DNA of 64,000 nucleotides from Dehalococcoidia bacterium (GTDB lineage Bacteria; Chloroflexota; Dehalococcoidia; Lucifugimonadales; UBA3495): NCBI GenBank assembly GCA_965222895.1, contig CBDCVB010000002.1, positions 1,477,663 to 1,541,662 of the forward strand, read 5' to 3'. Shown piece by piece: positions 55,601 to 64,000 of this stretch (position 1 is its first letter; each line of letters starts with the position of its first letter). The notes under the pieces were generated by a model. It saw only the letters and a program-made list of their open reading frames with translations, ran no database searches and was not told where the DNA came from. The position numbers and the translations under genes were made by a program.

Positions 55601-56743
55601 TCAGCCGGTAGCGCCGGATGCCGGAGAGAACCGCCTCGGGTCGCAACCCCGCAGGCTGATGTCGGTGTGGCCCGATGCGATTGTGTCTGCAATGCCCTTG
55701 CCCATCGCCGGGCCCAGGAGAACGCCCTTTTTCTGGCCGCCTGTGGAGATGTACACGTTGTCCCATCCGGGCGCCGCTCCGATGATGGGCAGCCAGTCCG
55801 GAGTAACCGGGCGCAGGCAGGCGGTTTGCATTGATACGGTGGCGTTAGCCAGCGACGGCACCAGCCGCACCGCCATTTTCAAAATGTTCTCCCGCGCTTC
55901 ATCGGTCAGCGTGAGGTCAAACCCCACCTCTTCCTCGGTGGAGCCGCACCAGATGAGGCCGTCCGTCTTGGCGTACATCGAACTGCCGCCGCCAATCAAT
56001 TCGTAATCCAGGCCAGCGCCGTCGGGCTGCACACGAACAATCTGCCCTTTGAGCGGATCTACCGGGATGGCGATGTCCAACCACTGCTCGGCGGTGCGGC
56101 ACCAGGGGCCGGCGGCGATCAGCAGCGCTCCGCAAGGCACTTCGCCGTCGGAGGTGACCACCGACTCGACCCGACCCTGGCCCAATCGCAATCCCATCGC
56201 TGAGGCCGTCTTCACCCGTGCGCCGCGTTTGGCGGCGGCGGCGGCCAGCGCTTGAGTGAATTCCCTGCCGTCCAGCGCGCCGTTTCCCACCGCCCGCACG
56301 CCGCCAATCACATCGGACGAAAGGCGCGGTTCAATAGATAATACGTCTTCGCGCTCCAGCCACTCCGCAGAAAATCCGGGCTCGGTGGCGCCGTTGAATG
56401 TCGCCAGCGTGTCCCGCAAGTCGGGCAGCTCATCGTCGCCCAACGCCACCTTCAGGATGGACGTGATGCGCCCGTGATAATCAATGCCGGTTTCAGCGGG
56501 CACTTTTTGCCACAATTCCTGATGCAATCGGAAAGACTGCAACGCCATGTCCAGCAGCGGGTCGGGCCAACCGTGCCCTTCCAGCGGATTCAGCCCGCCG
56601 GCGTTGTAGCCGGATGCTTCGGCGGCGATGCCTTTACGCTCTATGATGGTGGATGAAATACCCTGCTCCGCCAGGTAGTAGGCGGCGGCGGACCCGGCGA
56701 TACCCCCGCCAATAATCACGACATCGGTGGCCTGACTGGTCAT
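55601..56743 (-). CDS. FAD-dependent oxidoreductase (DAO family; glycine/D-amino-acid/sarcosine-oxidase-like)
   Basis: DVVIIGGGIAGSAAAYYLAEQG dinucleotide-binding motif; 380 aa. Confidence 0.85.
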   Translation of the reverse strand: MTSQATDVVIIGGGIAGSAAAYYLAEQGISSTIIERKGIAAEASGYNAGGLNPLEGHGWPDPLLDMALQSFRLHQELWQKVPAETGIDYHGRITSILKVALGDDELPDLRDTLATFNGATEPGFSAEWLEREDVLSIEPRLSSDVIGGVRAVGNGALDGREFTQALAAAAAKRGARVKTASAMGLRLGQGRVESVVTSDGEVPCGALLIAAGPWCRTAEQWLDIAIPVDPLKGQIVRVQPDGAGLDYELIGGGSSMYAKTDGLIWCGSTEEEVGFDLTLTDEARENILKMAVRLVPSLANATVSMQTACLRPVTPDWLPIIGAAPGWDNVYISTGGQKKGVLLGPAMGKGIADTIASGHTDISLRGCDPRRFSPASGATG

Positions 56744-56855
56744 TGCAACTTCCTCTCTGATTCACTCTCGTCCAACTGCGCACGGTCTCCTAGTCTGACG
56801 GCGGCTTTTCGGTTGGCGCCAGGATATAGGATATAATCGGTAACCGGAGGTGTCT

Positions 56856-57101
56856 ATGCCAATCTATGAGTATCATTGTTCGGTATGTGGTGCCGACTTC
56901 GAGTCCATTCGTCCGGTATCCCGCGCCGACGACCCTACCGAGTGCAAATCATGCGGGCAGCCGGCAACCCGCCAGATTTCCAACTTTTCGTTCAAGTCCG
57001 ATACGTTTACGGCGCCCAAGCTGAAGCGTCGCCCCGGGGAAGCCTTTCGCGGCAACCGGGCCGCCGATTCCACACCGGCGCAGCCGCAACCCACTGATTG
57101 A
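56856..57101 (+). CDS. FmdB-family zinc-ribbon protein
   Basis: MPIYEYHCSVCGADFE...CKSCG. GGAGG lies 5 nt upstream of the ATG at 56856. Confidence 0.8.
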   Translation: MPIYEYHCSVCGADFESIRPVSRADDPTECKSCGQPATRQISNFSFKSDTFTAPKLKRRPGEAFRGNRAADSTPAQPQPTD

Positions 57102-57126
57102 CCCGCTGCCGGACACCAGGGAGCCT

Positions 57127-57465
57127 TTACTGGCGCCCGGCCCGGGCCTCGTTGCAGGCGATACAGGTGCAGGCGGCCCGCAGCGTCCGGTAGGTATAAA
57201 TGCCCGTGTAGTGGGCGTCGCTCCACAGGAATTGCAGGGCATACTGGCCGACCGGCAGCTGGTCAACGGCGCGCACATCCCGCTCCACACCCTCGGGGTC
57301 CAGCAACGCCCGCCCGGTCATCTCTTCGACACACGACGCGCACGGGCAGCGCAGGCGCAACATCCGGTGCGGATAAATTCCCCGGTGCCCATCATCCCAA
57401 TTGATGATGATAGCGCTGCCGGAGATGTCCACGTCGGTGGGCTTGATTATTTCGTTAGTTGACAT
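57127..57465 (-). CDS. DUF971 (gamma-butyrobetaine hydroxylase N-terminal-like) protein
   Basis: ..INWDDGH.GIYPHRMLRLRCPCASC.. and ..LQFLWSDAHYTGIYTY..L. Confidence 0.75.
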   Translation of the reverse strand: MSTNEIIKPTDVDISGSAIIINWDDGHRGIYPHRMLRLRCPCASCVEEMTGRALLDPEGVERDVRAVDQLPVGQYALQFLWSDAHYTGIYTYRTLRAACTCIACNEARAGRQ

Positions 57466-57611
57466 ATCCCTGCGCAATCGTGGCGGTCGCTGCTGTTCGG
57501 TGTGGTGTCGTTTGGTAAAGCCGGCGTCGTTCGGATTTAGTCGTTGGGGTTTTCGGATTTAGCCGGTTCGGATATAAAGGGTGCATACCCGTCGGTTATC
57601 CGGATGGCCGG

Positions 57612-59306
57612 TTATCCAGATGACGGGGACTGCACTTCGGCCAGTCGCGCCGGGCGAGGCATTTCATCAGGATCGGTTGGAATTTCTATGATGCTGGGGC
57701 CGTCCACTGCCAGCGCCTGCTGGAACACGTCGGCGATGTCCTCGGGTCGTTCCACGTAGAAGCCGGTACCGCCAAACAGCTCGGCGTAGCGGTCAAACCG
57801 GGGGTTGATGGTATCGGCTCCCACGTAGCGTTCGTTGAACGCGTACTTCTGGTAAGCTTTTTCTGAACCCCAACAGTCGTTGTTCATCACTACCGAGATG
57901 TTTTTTAGCCCGTAGCGCACCGCGGTCTCAAATTCCTGGGCGTTGAACAGGAAGCCGCCGTCGCCGTTGAAGTTGACGACCGGCCGGTTCGGGGCGGCGA
58001 AGCTGGCGCCAATGGATGCCGGGAAGCTGAAGCCCAGCCCGCCCAGGTCCAGCGCCATTATCAGGCTGCGGGGTTGGTAGTAATTCAGCCGGTCTTGCCC
58101 GAAGTTAGGCGCCAGCCCGGCGTCCAGCGCGATGATGGCGTCCCGGGGCATCACCTTGCGCAGCTCGGCGTACACCCGCTGCGGTTTGATGTAATCGCCG
58201 GTCAGCGTGGCCTCGGCGGCGAGCCGGGTAGCGCGGGCGGCATTCCAGGCCGCCACCCGGCTGCTCCAGTCGGCGTCAGGACGCAGTTCGCCCTCGGCGA
58301 TAATGCCGTTGATTTCCTCCACCACCGCACCGACATCGCCCTCCACACCGACGGCGATGGGGTAAATGCGCCCGATTTCCTTGGGGTCAATCTCGATGTG
58401 TACGATACGGGCGTCGGCGGGTATGAACCGGTGGTCAAAAAAGGTTGTCGACTGTCCCAGACGCGTACCGGCAGCCACGATAACGTCGGCATTGCGCACG
58501 GCATCAATCGCTTCCTCGGCTCCCAGGCGTCCCAAGTGGCCCAAGTAGTTGGGATGGTCGTTGGGCACGGCATCGGCTCTGCCGTAAGACGTTACGATGG
58601 GCGCTCCGGTAAGTTCGGCGAGGCGACACACGGCCGCGTCGGAAAGGCTCCATTCCACGCCGCCGCCGGCCACAATCACCGGCCGCTGGGCGGACATAAT
58701 CTCCCGGGCCGCCGCTTCCACCTGCTGGCGGTCGCCGCGGGAGCGACCCTGGCCGGTGCGATATGCCGCCGGAGCCAGCAGATCCAGATCGATTTCAGCG
58801 CCGGGCAGCAGGTCGCGCGGTATGTCCACCAGCACCGGGCCCATCTTGCCCGACGTGGCGATGCGAAACGCCTGCCGCAGCGCGTCGGGCAGCCGTTCAA
58901 TCTTGTTGATGGAGAAACTGGCCTTGGTAATGGGCTCGAACAACGCCACCTGGTCAAACTCCTGCGTGGAGTCCAAATTCTGGTGGTCGCGGGATGCCGA
59001 CGGCGCCAGCACTACAACGGGGGAATGGGAGACGTAAGCCGACGCGATGCCGTAGGTCAGGTTCAACACACCCGGCCCGTTGGTAACCAGGCACACCGAC
59101 GGCGCCCCGGAGATACGGCTATAACCGTCGGCCATCAACGCCGCGCCCTGCTCATGGCGCACCCCGATGAATTCCATGTCATCGCGGTCGTACAGCGGAT
59201 CCAGAATGTCCAGAAACGAAGAGCCAACTATTCCGAATATCTTGCTGACTCCTTCCTGTTGCAACAGCTCGATTACGGCTGCTCCGGCGTTCATCCGCTC
59301 GGCCAT
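57612..59306 (-). CDS. Thiamine-diphosphate-dependent enzyme (acetolactate synthase / oxalyl-CoA decarboxylase / sulfoacetaldehyde acetyltransferase-like)
   Basis: ..HEQGAALMADGY.., ..TNGPG..N.., ..TQEFDQ.., and C-terminal GDGGFLFN TPP motif; 564 aa. Substrate cannot be assigned. Confidence 0.85.
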   Translation of the reverse strand: MAERMNAGAAVIELLQQEGVSKIFGIVGSSFLDILDPLYDRDDMEFIGVRHEQGAALMADGYSRISGAPSVCLVTNGPGVLNLTYGIASAYVSHSPVVVLAPSASRDHQNLDSTQEFDQVALFEPITKASFSINKIERLPDALRQAFRIATSGKMGPVLVDIPRDLLPGAEIDLDLLAPAAYRTGQGRSRGDRQQVEAAAREIMSAQRPVIVAGGGVEWSLSDAAVCRLAELTGAPIVTSYGRADAVPNDHPNYLGHLGRLGAEEAIDAVRNADVIVAAGTRLGQSTTFFDHRFIPADARIVHIEIDPKEIGRIYPIAVGVEGDVGAVVEEINGIIAEGELRPDADWSSRVAAWNAARATRLAAEATLTGDYIKPQRVYAELRKVMPRDAIIALDAGLAPNFGQDRLNYYQPRSLIMALDLGGLGFSFPASIGASFAAPNRPVVNFNGDGGFLFNAQEFETAVRYGLKNISVVMNNDCWGSEKAYQKYAFNERYVGADTINPRFDRYAELFGGTGFYVERPEDIADVFQQALAVDGPSIIEIPTDPDEMPRPARLAEVQSPSSG

Positions 59307-59413
59307 TGGTACACTCCTTCGGTGACAATTGGGAGGCAGTGTAACATACGGGACGAGAGGCCCTGGCTCGAACGTTGGCCGTCAAAGCATCGCCCAACCA
59401 GCCAAACCACGCC

Positions 59414-59448
59414 ATCCCGTTCATCCTGCCCATCCATGCAAGTAAATC
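59414..59448. repeat. Short repeat family C, degenerate copy 3
   Basis: atcccgttcatcctgcccatccatgcaagtaaatc, compared with copy 1 aatcctgtttatcctgttcatccatgtaaat. Confidence 0.35.
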
Positions 59449-59459
59449 GCCCTTCCCCG

Positions 59460-59468
59460 TGCTATAAT
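59460..59468 (+). promoter_or_regulatory. Extended -10 element (TGcTATAAT) upstream of the oxidoreductase operon
   Basis: TG at 59460-59461 and TATAAT at 59463-59468, 28 nt before the ATG at 59496. No clear -35. Confidence 0.35.
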
Positions 59469-59495
59469 GCGCCATCATCACAGAGGAGGCCATCC

Positions 59496-60662
59496 ATGAG
59501 CACAGTGGCAGTGGAGGTAGTGTACCGGGGCATATTCCAGAAGACTCTGGCCCGGAACATCGTCCGCAGCATTGTTTTTGCCGCGCGTAAAGAAGGAAAG
59601 ATTGGCACGGCATTTGGACGCTATGGTGACTCACCAGAGCGCAACGGAATACCGGCCAAGCAGTTCGCAGTGGTTGCTGATACTCCGGAAGAACTGGAAG
59701 AAAACCTGGCGGTTTACGAAGCTCGCGAAGTGGACGTAACGATTAACGTTGACGACACCATGTGCAAGGGCATCGAATCCTGGGCCTGGTACGGTTTGCA
59801 GCCCATCAACGCCCTCACCAAAGACGGCGGTACGCTCATCGTAACCTCCCGCCAGGACCCGTCGGCCCTGATCGAAGACATCCACCAGAAGGACACCGCC
59901 TACAACCTGGCCATCGTCCCGGCGAGCACCAGCTATTCGGGCTTGTGGGTTTACAAGGATGACCACACCGATGCCCGCATCCTCGGCGCTCTCGCCAAGG
60001 TCTGCCCAGATTTGGTCAGCCTGGAGTCCATGGTCGCGGCCATCGAAGACCAGGGTTGGGGCGAGTTGAAACAGACTTCCGCCCGCAACACGTTTGAGCG
60101 CACCGCCTTCCGGCCCGTCGAGCCCGGCGAGGGTAACGACGATACCCCGTTCAGCTTCGACCTGCCCGGCTGGACCACCATGGAAGAAGGTCTGGTAATC
60201 AGGGGAATTGAAGAGGGCGGCGGTTTCCGCGGCGGCAACGAGGGTTACCAGCCCGTCCGCAACTCCGTATTCAAGAAGTTCAGCACCCGGGCAATGCGCC
60301 CGGTAATCAACTTCGACACCTGTATCAAATGCACCCTGTGCTGGTTGCAGTGTCCCGATACCTGCTTCGACGTTACGCCTGAGGGTCTGTATGACGCCAA
60401 TATGGATGCGTGCTGCGGTTGCGCCGTCTGCGAAGCGGTTTGCCCGGTTCCCGATTGCGTAGTCATGGTGAACGAGGCCGAATTCAACGATAACAATAGC
60501 CAATATGAACACTGGACACGAGACAAGGACGGCTATCACCAGTGGATGGCTGAATTGATCGACGTTCAGCGTACTAAAGAAGCCGACCGTTCCCACGGTT
60601 ATCACAGCCCGGGCACCTACGAGTCGGAGTCTGAAGTTGCCCTCACTGGAGACGATGATTAA
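59496..60662 (+). CDS. 2-oxoacid:ferredoxin oxidoreductase gamma-delta fusion (divergent gamma domain plus 2x[4Fe-4S] ferredoxin domain)
   Basis: ATG at 59496 preceded by GAGGAGG. CIKCTLCWLQCP and CCGCAVCEAVCP cluster motifs. The N-terminal domain has the size and position of a POR gamma domain but lacks the usual GGQG motif. Confidence 0.75.
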   Translation: MSTVAVEVVYRGIFQKTLARNIVRSIVFAARKEGKIGTAFGRYGDSPERNGIPAKQFAVVADTPEELEENLAVYEAREVDVTINVDDTMCKGIESWAWYGLQPINALTKDGGTLIVTSRQDPSALIEDIHQKDTAYNLAIVPASTSYSGLWVYKDDHTDARILGALAKVCPDLVSLESMVAAIEDQGWGELKQTSARNTFERTAFRPVEPGEGNDDTPFSFDLPGWTTMEEGLVIRGIEEGGGFRGGNEGYQPVRNSVFKKFSTRAMRPVINFDTCIKCTLCWLQCPDTCFDVTPEGLYDANMDACCGCAVCEAVCPVPDCVVMVNEAEFNDNNSQYEHWTRDKDGYHQWMAELIDVQRTKEADRSHGYHSPGTYESESEVALTGDDD

Positions 60663-61879
60663 TGGCCACGCAAGAACTGAGCCAAACCGAGCGTGAAGAG
60701 CTCATCAGCGGCAGCGAAGCCATCGCCATCGCCTGTTCCCTGGCCGACGTTGACGTCATTACCGCTTATCCCATCCGGCCCTACGACACCGTCATGCAGT
60801 ATGTGTCCAAGCTGAAGGCCGACGGCGTTTTCGACTGCGATTTCATCGTGGCCGAAAGCGAACACTCCCAGTTCGAGATTGTGAAACACGCCTCCGCTGT
60901 GGGGGCCCGCACTTTCTGCGGCTCCAGCGGCGTCGGCTGGTTCTACGCCTTCGAAGCCATCACGGTTACCGCCGGTTTGCGTTTGCCGGTAGTGGCCATG
61001 GTGGGCAACCGCGCCCTGGATGACCCTGGCGCGTTTGGAGTGGAACACAACGACGCCCTGGCCGTGCGCGACCTGGGATGGCTGCTCTACTGGGTGGCCA
61101 CGGCGCAAGAGGCCATGGACATTGCCCTGATGGCCTGGCGAATCGCGGAAGACTCGAGGGTATTCCTGCCCATGGCTATCTCCTGCGATGGCTCGTTCCT
61201 GACCCACTCGCAGGCCATCGTCAATGTTCCCACGCAGGAACAGGTTGACCAATACCTGCCCCAGTACGATCGGGGCCGCTTGCAACTGCATCCGGACAAC
61301 CCCATCACCATAGCGCCTCAAGTCAACGAGGACTGGCTGATGGAGATTCGCCGGCAGACTGACGACGCGATGCGCCGCGCCAGCGACGTCATCAAGGAAG
61401 CCTACGCCGAGTTCAAGCAACAGTTCGGTCGTGGCGATGACAGCCCGTTTATCGAAGAGTACATGACTGAGGGCGCCGACATCGTTCTGGTTGGAATGGG
61501 TACGCTGGCGTCGCCGGTGCGTGTCGGAGTCCGCCGGATGCGCGAGCAGGGCATCAAGGTTGGCTTCCTGCGCGTCAAGTACTTCCGTCCCTTCGCCACC
61601 GAGGAGGTGCGCGAGGCGCTCAGCCACTGCAAGGCGGTGGGTGTCATCGACCGGGACTACTCATACGGTTCGCCGTCCTACGGTGGCGTACTGTTCAACG
61701 AAATCCGCTCAGCGTTGTACACGCTGGACGACCGTCCCCTGGTACAAAGTTTCATCGCCGGTTTGGGTGGTCGCGAAGTGCTCGTGCGCGACGTCGAAGA
61801 AATTACGGGGATGGTTCAGGGGTCAATCGACTCCGGCAAAGTGATAGAAGAAAACACCTGGATCGGTGTCCGGGAATAG
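60662..61879 (+). CDS. 2-oxoacid:ferredoxin oxidoreductase alpha subunit
   Basis: ..ISGSEAIAIACSLADVDVITAYPIRPYD... Its ATG overlaps the upstream stop. Confidence 0.9.
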   Translation: MATQELSQTEREELISGSEAIAIACSLADVDVITAYPIRPYDTVMQYVSKLKADGVFDCDFIVAESEHSQFEIVKHASAVGARTFCGSSGVGWFYAFEAITVTAGLRLPVVAMVGNRALDDPGAFGVEHNDALAVRDLGWLLYWVATAQEAMDIALMAWRIAEDSRVFLPMAISCDGSFLTHSQAIVNVPTQEQVDQYLPQYDRGRLQLHPDNPITIAPQVNEDWLMEIRRQTDDAMRRASDVIKEAYAEFKQQFGRGDDSPFIEEYMTEGADIVLVGMGTLASPVRVGVRRMREQGIKVGFLRVKYFRPFATEEVREALSHCKAVGVIDRDYSYGSPSYGGVLFNEIRSALYTLDDRPLVQSFIAGLGGREVLVRDVEEITGMVQGSIDSGKVIEENTWIGVRE

Positions 61880-61889
61880 GAGGGCCGCA

Positions 61890-62888
61890 ATGACTACGAT
61901 GACGCAAGACCTCCCACAGGTTAGGGGAGTAAAACAGATTCCGGTGTACGAGGGGTTTACCTCCGGCCACCGCACTTGCCAGGGCTGCGAATCGGCCCTG
62001 GTCATGCGCCTGATGATCAAGGCAGCCGGCCCCCGCACCATTGTGGTGGGCAGCACGGGTTGCATGTACGTCGCCAACACCACCTATTACAGTACCCCTT
62101 GGGTCGTGCCGTGGATGCACACGCAACTCGGCTCCAGCGGTTCAGCGGCCACCGGCACGGCGGCCGGCCTGGCATCGTTGATGCGCAAGGGCAAGATGCA
62201 GCAGGAACCCATCAACGTCATCGCGTTCTGCGGCGACGGTGGCGGTGTCGACATGGGCCTGTCGGCCATCTCGGCGGCCCTGCAGCATGATGAGTACAAC
62301 CTGCTCATCCTGTGCTACGACAACGAGTCCTATGCCAATACGGACATTCAGGTGTCCGGTTCCAGCCCTTGGGGAGCGAACTCCACGTTCTCGCCTCCCG
62401 GCAAGAAGCATCGCATCATGAATACACGCTGGAAGAAGAACACGGTTCCTATGCTGGCCGCCGGCCATCCCGACATGCGCTATATCGCAACGGCGTGTGG
62501 TTCCTATGGCCCCGATTTCACCAACAAGATTCGGCGCGCCCTCACCATTGGCGGACCGACTTTCATTCACAGCATCGACCCGTGCCCAAAGGGTTGGGAC
62601 TACGATCCCAAATACTCCCACGAGTTGGGGATGCTTGCGGTGGAAACCGGCATCTGGGTGCAGTACGAAATCTCCGACGGCGAGCTTATCCTGAATGGCC
62701 CATCGCGGGCGATTGCGCGCGGCATCCGAAAGCGGAAGCCCGTCACCGACTACCTGCAACGTCAGGGACGCTTTGCCCACCTGACCACCGAAGACCTTGA
62801 GTTTTTCCAGAGTCGTATTGATGATTCCTGGGAAAAGTGGTGGATTCCCGGCATCGTGCCATTCGGGCCCGTTGATGAAGGAGCCTAG
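61890..62888 (+). CDS. 2-oxoacid:ferredoxin oxidoreductase beta (TPP-binding) subunit
   Basis: ..SGHRTCQGC.., ..FCGDGGG.D.G... ATG at 61890 preceded by AGGAGGG. Confidence 0.9.
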   Translation: MTTMTQDLPQVRGVKQIPVYEGFTSGHRTCQGCESALVMRLMIKAAGPRTIVVGSTGCMYVANTTYYSTPWVVPWMHTQLGSSGSAATGTAAGLASLMRKGKMQQEPINVIAFCGDGGGVDMGLSAISAALQHDEYNLLILCYDNESYANTDIQVSGSSPWGANSTFSPPGKKHRIMNTRWKKNTVPMLAAGHPDMRYIATACGSYGPDFTNKIRRALTIGGPTFIHSIDPCPKGWDYDPKYSHELGMLAVETGIWVQYEISDGELILNGPSRAIARGIRKRKPVTDYLQRQGRFAHLTTEDLEFFQSRIDDSWEKWWIPGIVPFGPVDEGA

Positions 62889-62932
62889 TCGTCTCACTTC
62901 ATTGATTCGTCCTGACCGATAACGTACATCTG

Positions 62933-62968
62933 GCGGGACGCCGCGGTGCTTAGCATCCGGCGTCCCGC
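62933..62968 (+). terminator. Hairpin after the oxidoreductase operon
   Basis: GCGGGACGCC-n16-GGCGTCCCGC with a perfect 10-bp stem. The T-tract that follows is weak (TCTGATGTT). Confidence 0.4.
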
Positions 62969-62992
62969 TCTGATGTTAACGCGCCAATATGT

Positions 62993-63007
62993 CTGATAAC
63001 TTATCAG
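62993..63007. promoter_or_regulatory. Perfect palindrome CTGATAA-c-TTATCAG (candidate operator)
   Basis: 7-bp arms around one central base, 59 nt upstream of the ATG at 63066. Confidence 0.3.
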
Positions 63008-63065
63008 GCCCCATACGTTTGTGTGTTACACTTACCAGGCGACGAAACACAAGAGAGGTCAGACT

Positions 63066-63554
63066 ATGGTAAAAGTTGCCTTAACAGTTGAAGGTGATAC
63101 CGACGAGGTAATGGATGCACTGCGAAAACTTGCGCTCGGCGATGGTTCCGCAACACCGGCGCAGAGTGTAGCCGCCATGGCGGTGCTGCCAGATGCGCCG
63201 CCCGAAGATGCCGCGCCAGCGCAGCCGGCGCCCCAACCGGATGCTCCCGAGGCCTCGTGGAGCACAGAACACGTCCAGACCTTCTGGGATTTCCTGGCGC
63301 CGCAAGCCCGAGATATCTACCGTAGAGTTGCCGGCGGCGCCGGTTACACCCTGTCGCGGGAGGCGTTGCTGGATGGAACGGGTTTGACTGCCCGAGTATT
63401 GTCCGGCCGATTGTCCTCACAAGGACACGCGGTGCGTCGTATTCGCCGTTTTCATAATGTGTCCCTCCCGCATCCCATGTCATTTGACTCCCAGACTGAA
63501 GAGTACCGTATGCTGCCCGATGTGGCCGACGCCATTCTGCGCCTGAGCCTGTAA
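63066..63554 (+). CDS. Hypothetical protein (Pro/Ala-rich linker, basic C-terminal domain)
   Basis: 162 aa from MVKVALTVEGDTDEV... GAGAGG upstream. No family recognised. Confidence 0.5.
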   Translation: MVKVALTVEGDTDEVMDALRKLALGDGSATPAQSVAAMAVLPDAPPEDAAPAQPAPQPDAPEASWSTEHVQTFWDFLAPQARDIYRRVAGGAGYTLSREALLDGTGLTARVLSGRLSSQGHAVRRIRRFHNVSLPHPMSFDSQTEEYRMLPDVADAILRLSL

Positions 63555-63617
63555 CTGCGGTATACTTTTCCACCATTACAATAACGGGCGTCTTTCTACC
63601 CAACAAGGAGGCAATCC

Positions 63618-64000
63618 ATGCGACTGGATCCAATCAGCCTGTACGATTACGAGGCCAGAGCCAAACAGGTTCTGCCCCACAACAACTGGGAGTTCATTGA
63701 AGCGGGCTCCATGGACGAAATAACCACGGCGCGAAACCGCGCGGCTTTCGAGTCTTTGACCCTGCGTCCCCGCTTCCTGCGCGACACCACCGAGCGCAAG
63801 GTTTCCACCACTGTGCTGGGCCAGGACATCAGCTTCCCCGTGATGATTTCCCCCACTGGCGGACACGGCAACGCTCACCCCGAAGCCGAATGTGCCACCG
63901 CTCGCGGCGCGGGAATGTCCAACACCCTGATGATGTGCAGCACATCCTCCAACTGCAGCATGGAAGAAATTGCCGAAGCCGCCACCGGCCCGCTGTGGTT
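63618..64000 (+). CDS. FMN-dependent alpha-hydroxy-acid dehydrogenase/oxidase (LldD/glycolate-oxidase family), 3' end outside window
   Basis: ATG at 63618 preceded by AAGGAGG. MRLDPISLYDYEARAKQVLPHNNWEFIEAGS..E.T...N..AF....LRPRFL. The frame is open to the end of the window. Confidence 0.85.
   Translation, partial: MRLDPISLYDYEARAKQVLPHNNWEFIEAGSMDEITTARNRAAFESLTLRPRFLRDTTERKVSTTVLGQDISFPVMISPTGGHGNAHPEAECATARGAGMSNTLMMCSTSSNCSMEEIAEAATGPLW

Noticed and set aside
58074-59495. N-terminal 474 codons of the listed ORF 58074..60662
   Set aside because: This part is antisense to the TPP enzyme gene. Homology to OFOR gamma begins at the ATG at 59496, which has a GAGGAGG SD, so the extension is an artefact of an open frame.
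59631-61627. Minus-strand ORFs of 324 aa and 322 aa across the OFOR genes
   Set aside because: Antisense to genes with clear ferredoxin and PorA motifs. No domains recognised in these products.

Overview
GC-rich (about 60% by eye, not computed) bacterial chromosomal window with about 60 protein-coding genes on both strands. Content is mostly housekeeping and central metabolism, possibly from a Chloroflexota-like genome (weak inference from gene content and repeat types). Recognisable blocks: (1) amidase, SDR and H+-pyrophosphatase genes; (2) trpA followed by a class I DAHP synthase, which is preceded by a promoter, a Tyr/Phe-rich mini-ORF and a terminator/antiterminator, i.e. a candidate attenuator; (3) a rhomboid protease gene split exactly by an 882-bp IS5-family element with a 3-bp TTA target duplication; (4) an XDH-family molybdoenzyme plus a MoaD-like protein; (5) a cobalamin-riboswitch-led operon (CbiE-like methylase, cobN, unknown ORF, cbtB, cbtA, chlI/chlD fusion); (6) glyQS, a frameshifted DNA methyltransferase-HNH fusion, and birA; (7) a his operon hisZ-hisG(long form)-X-hisD-hisC-hisB, where X is a zinc-phospholipase-C-like hydrolase and no recognisable histidinol-phosphatase is present; (8) an NfeD/SPFH pair, meaB, and a CysRS fused to a GT2 glycosyltransferase; (9) a 2-oxoacid/CoA-ester neighbourhood (tandem family III CoA-transferase, FAD oxidase, TPP enzyme, three-gene 2-oxoacid:ferredoxin oxidoreductase, FMN 2-hydroxyacid dehydrogenase). 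Intergenic DNA carries at least four short repeat families (one MITE-like with 4 copies) and several perfect short tandem duplications. I saw no rRNA, tRNA or CRISPR array. The long ORFs antisense to real genes are GC-driven shadow ORFs. All calls rest on motif recognition by eye; no searches were run.
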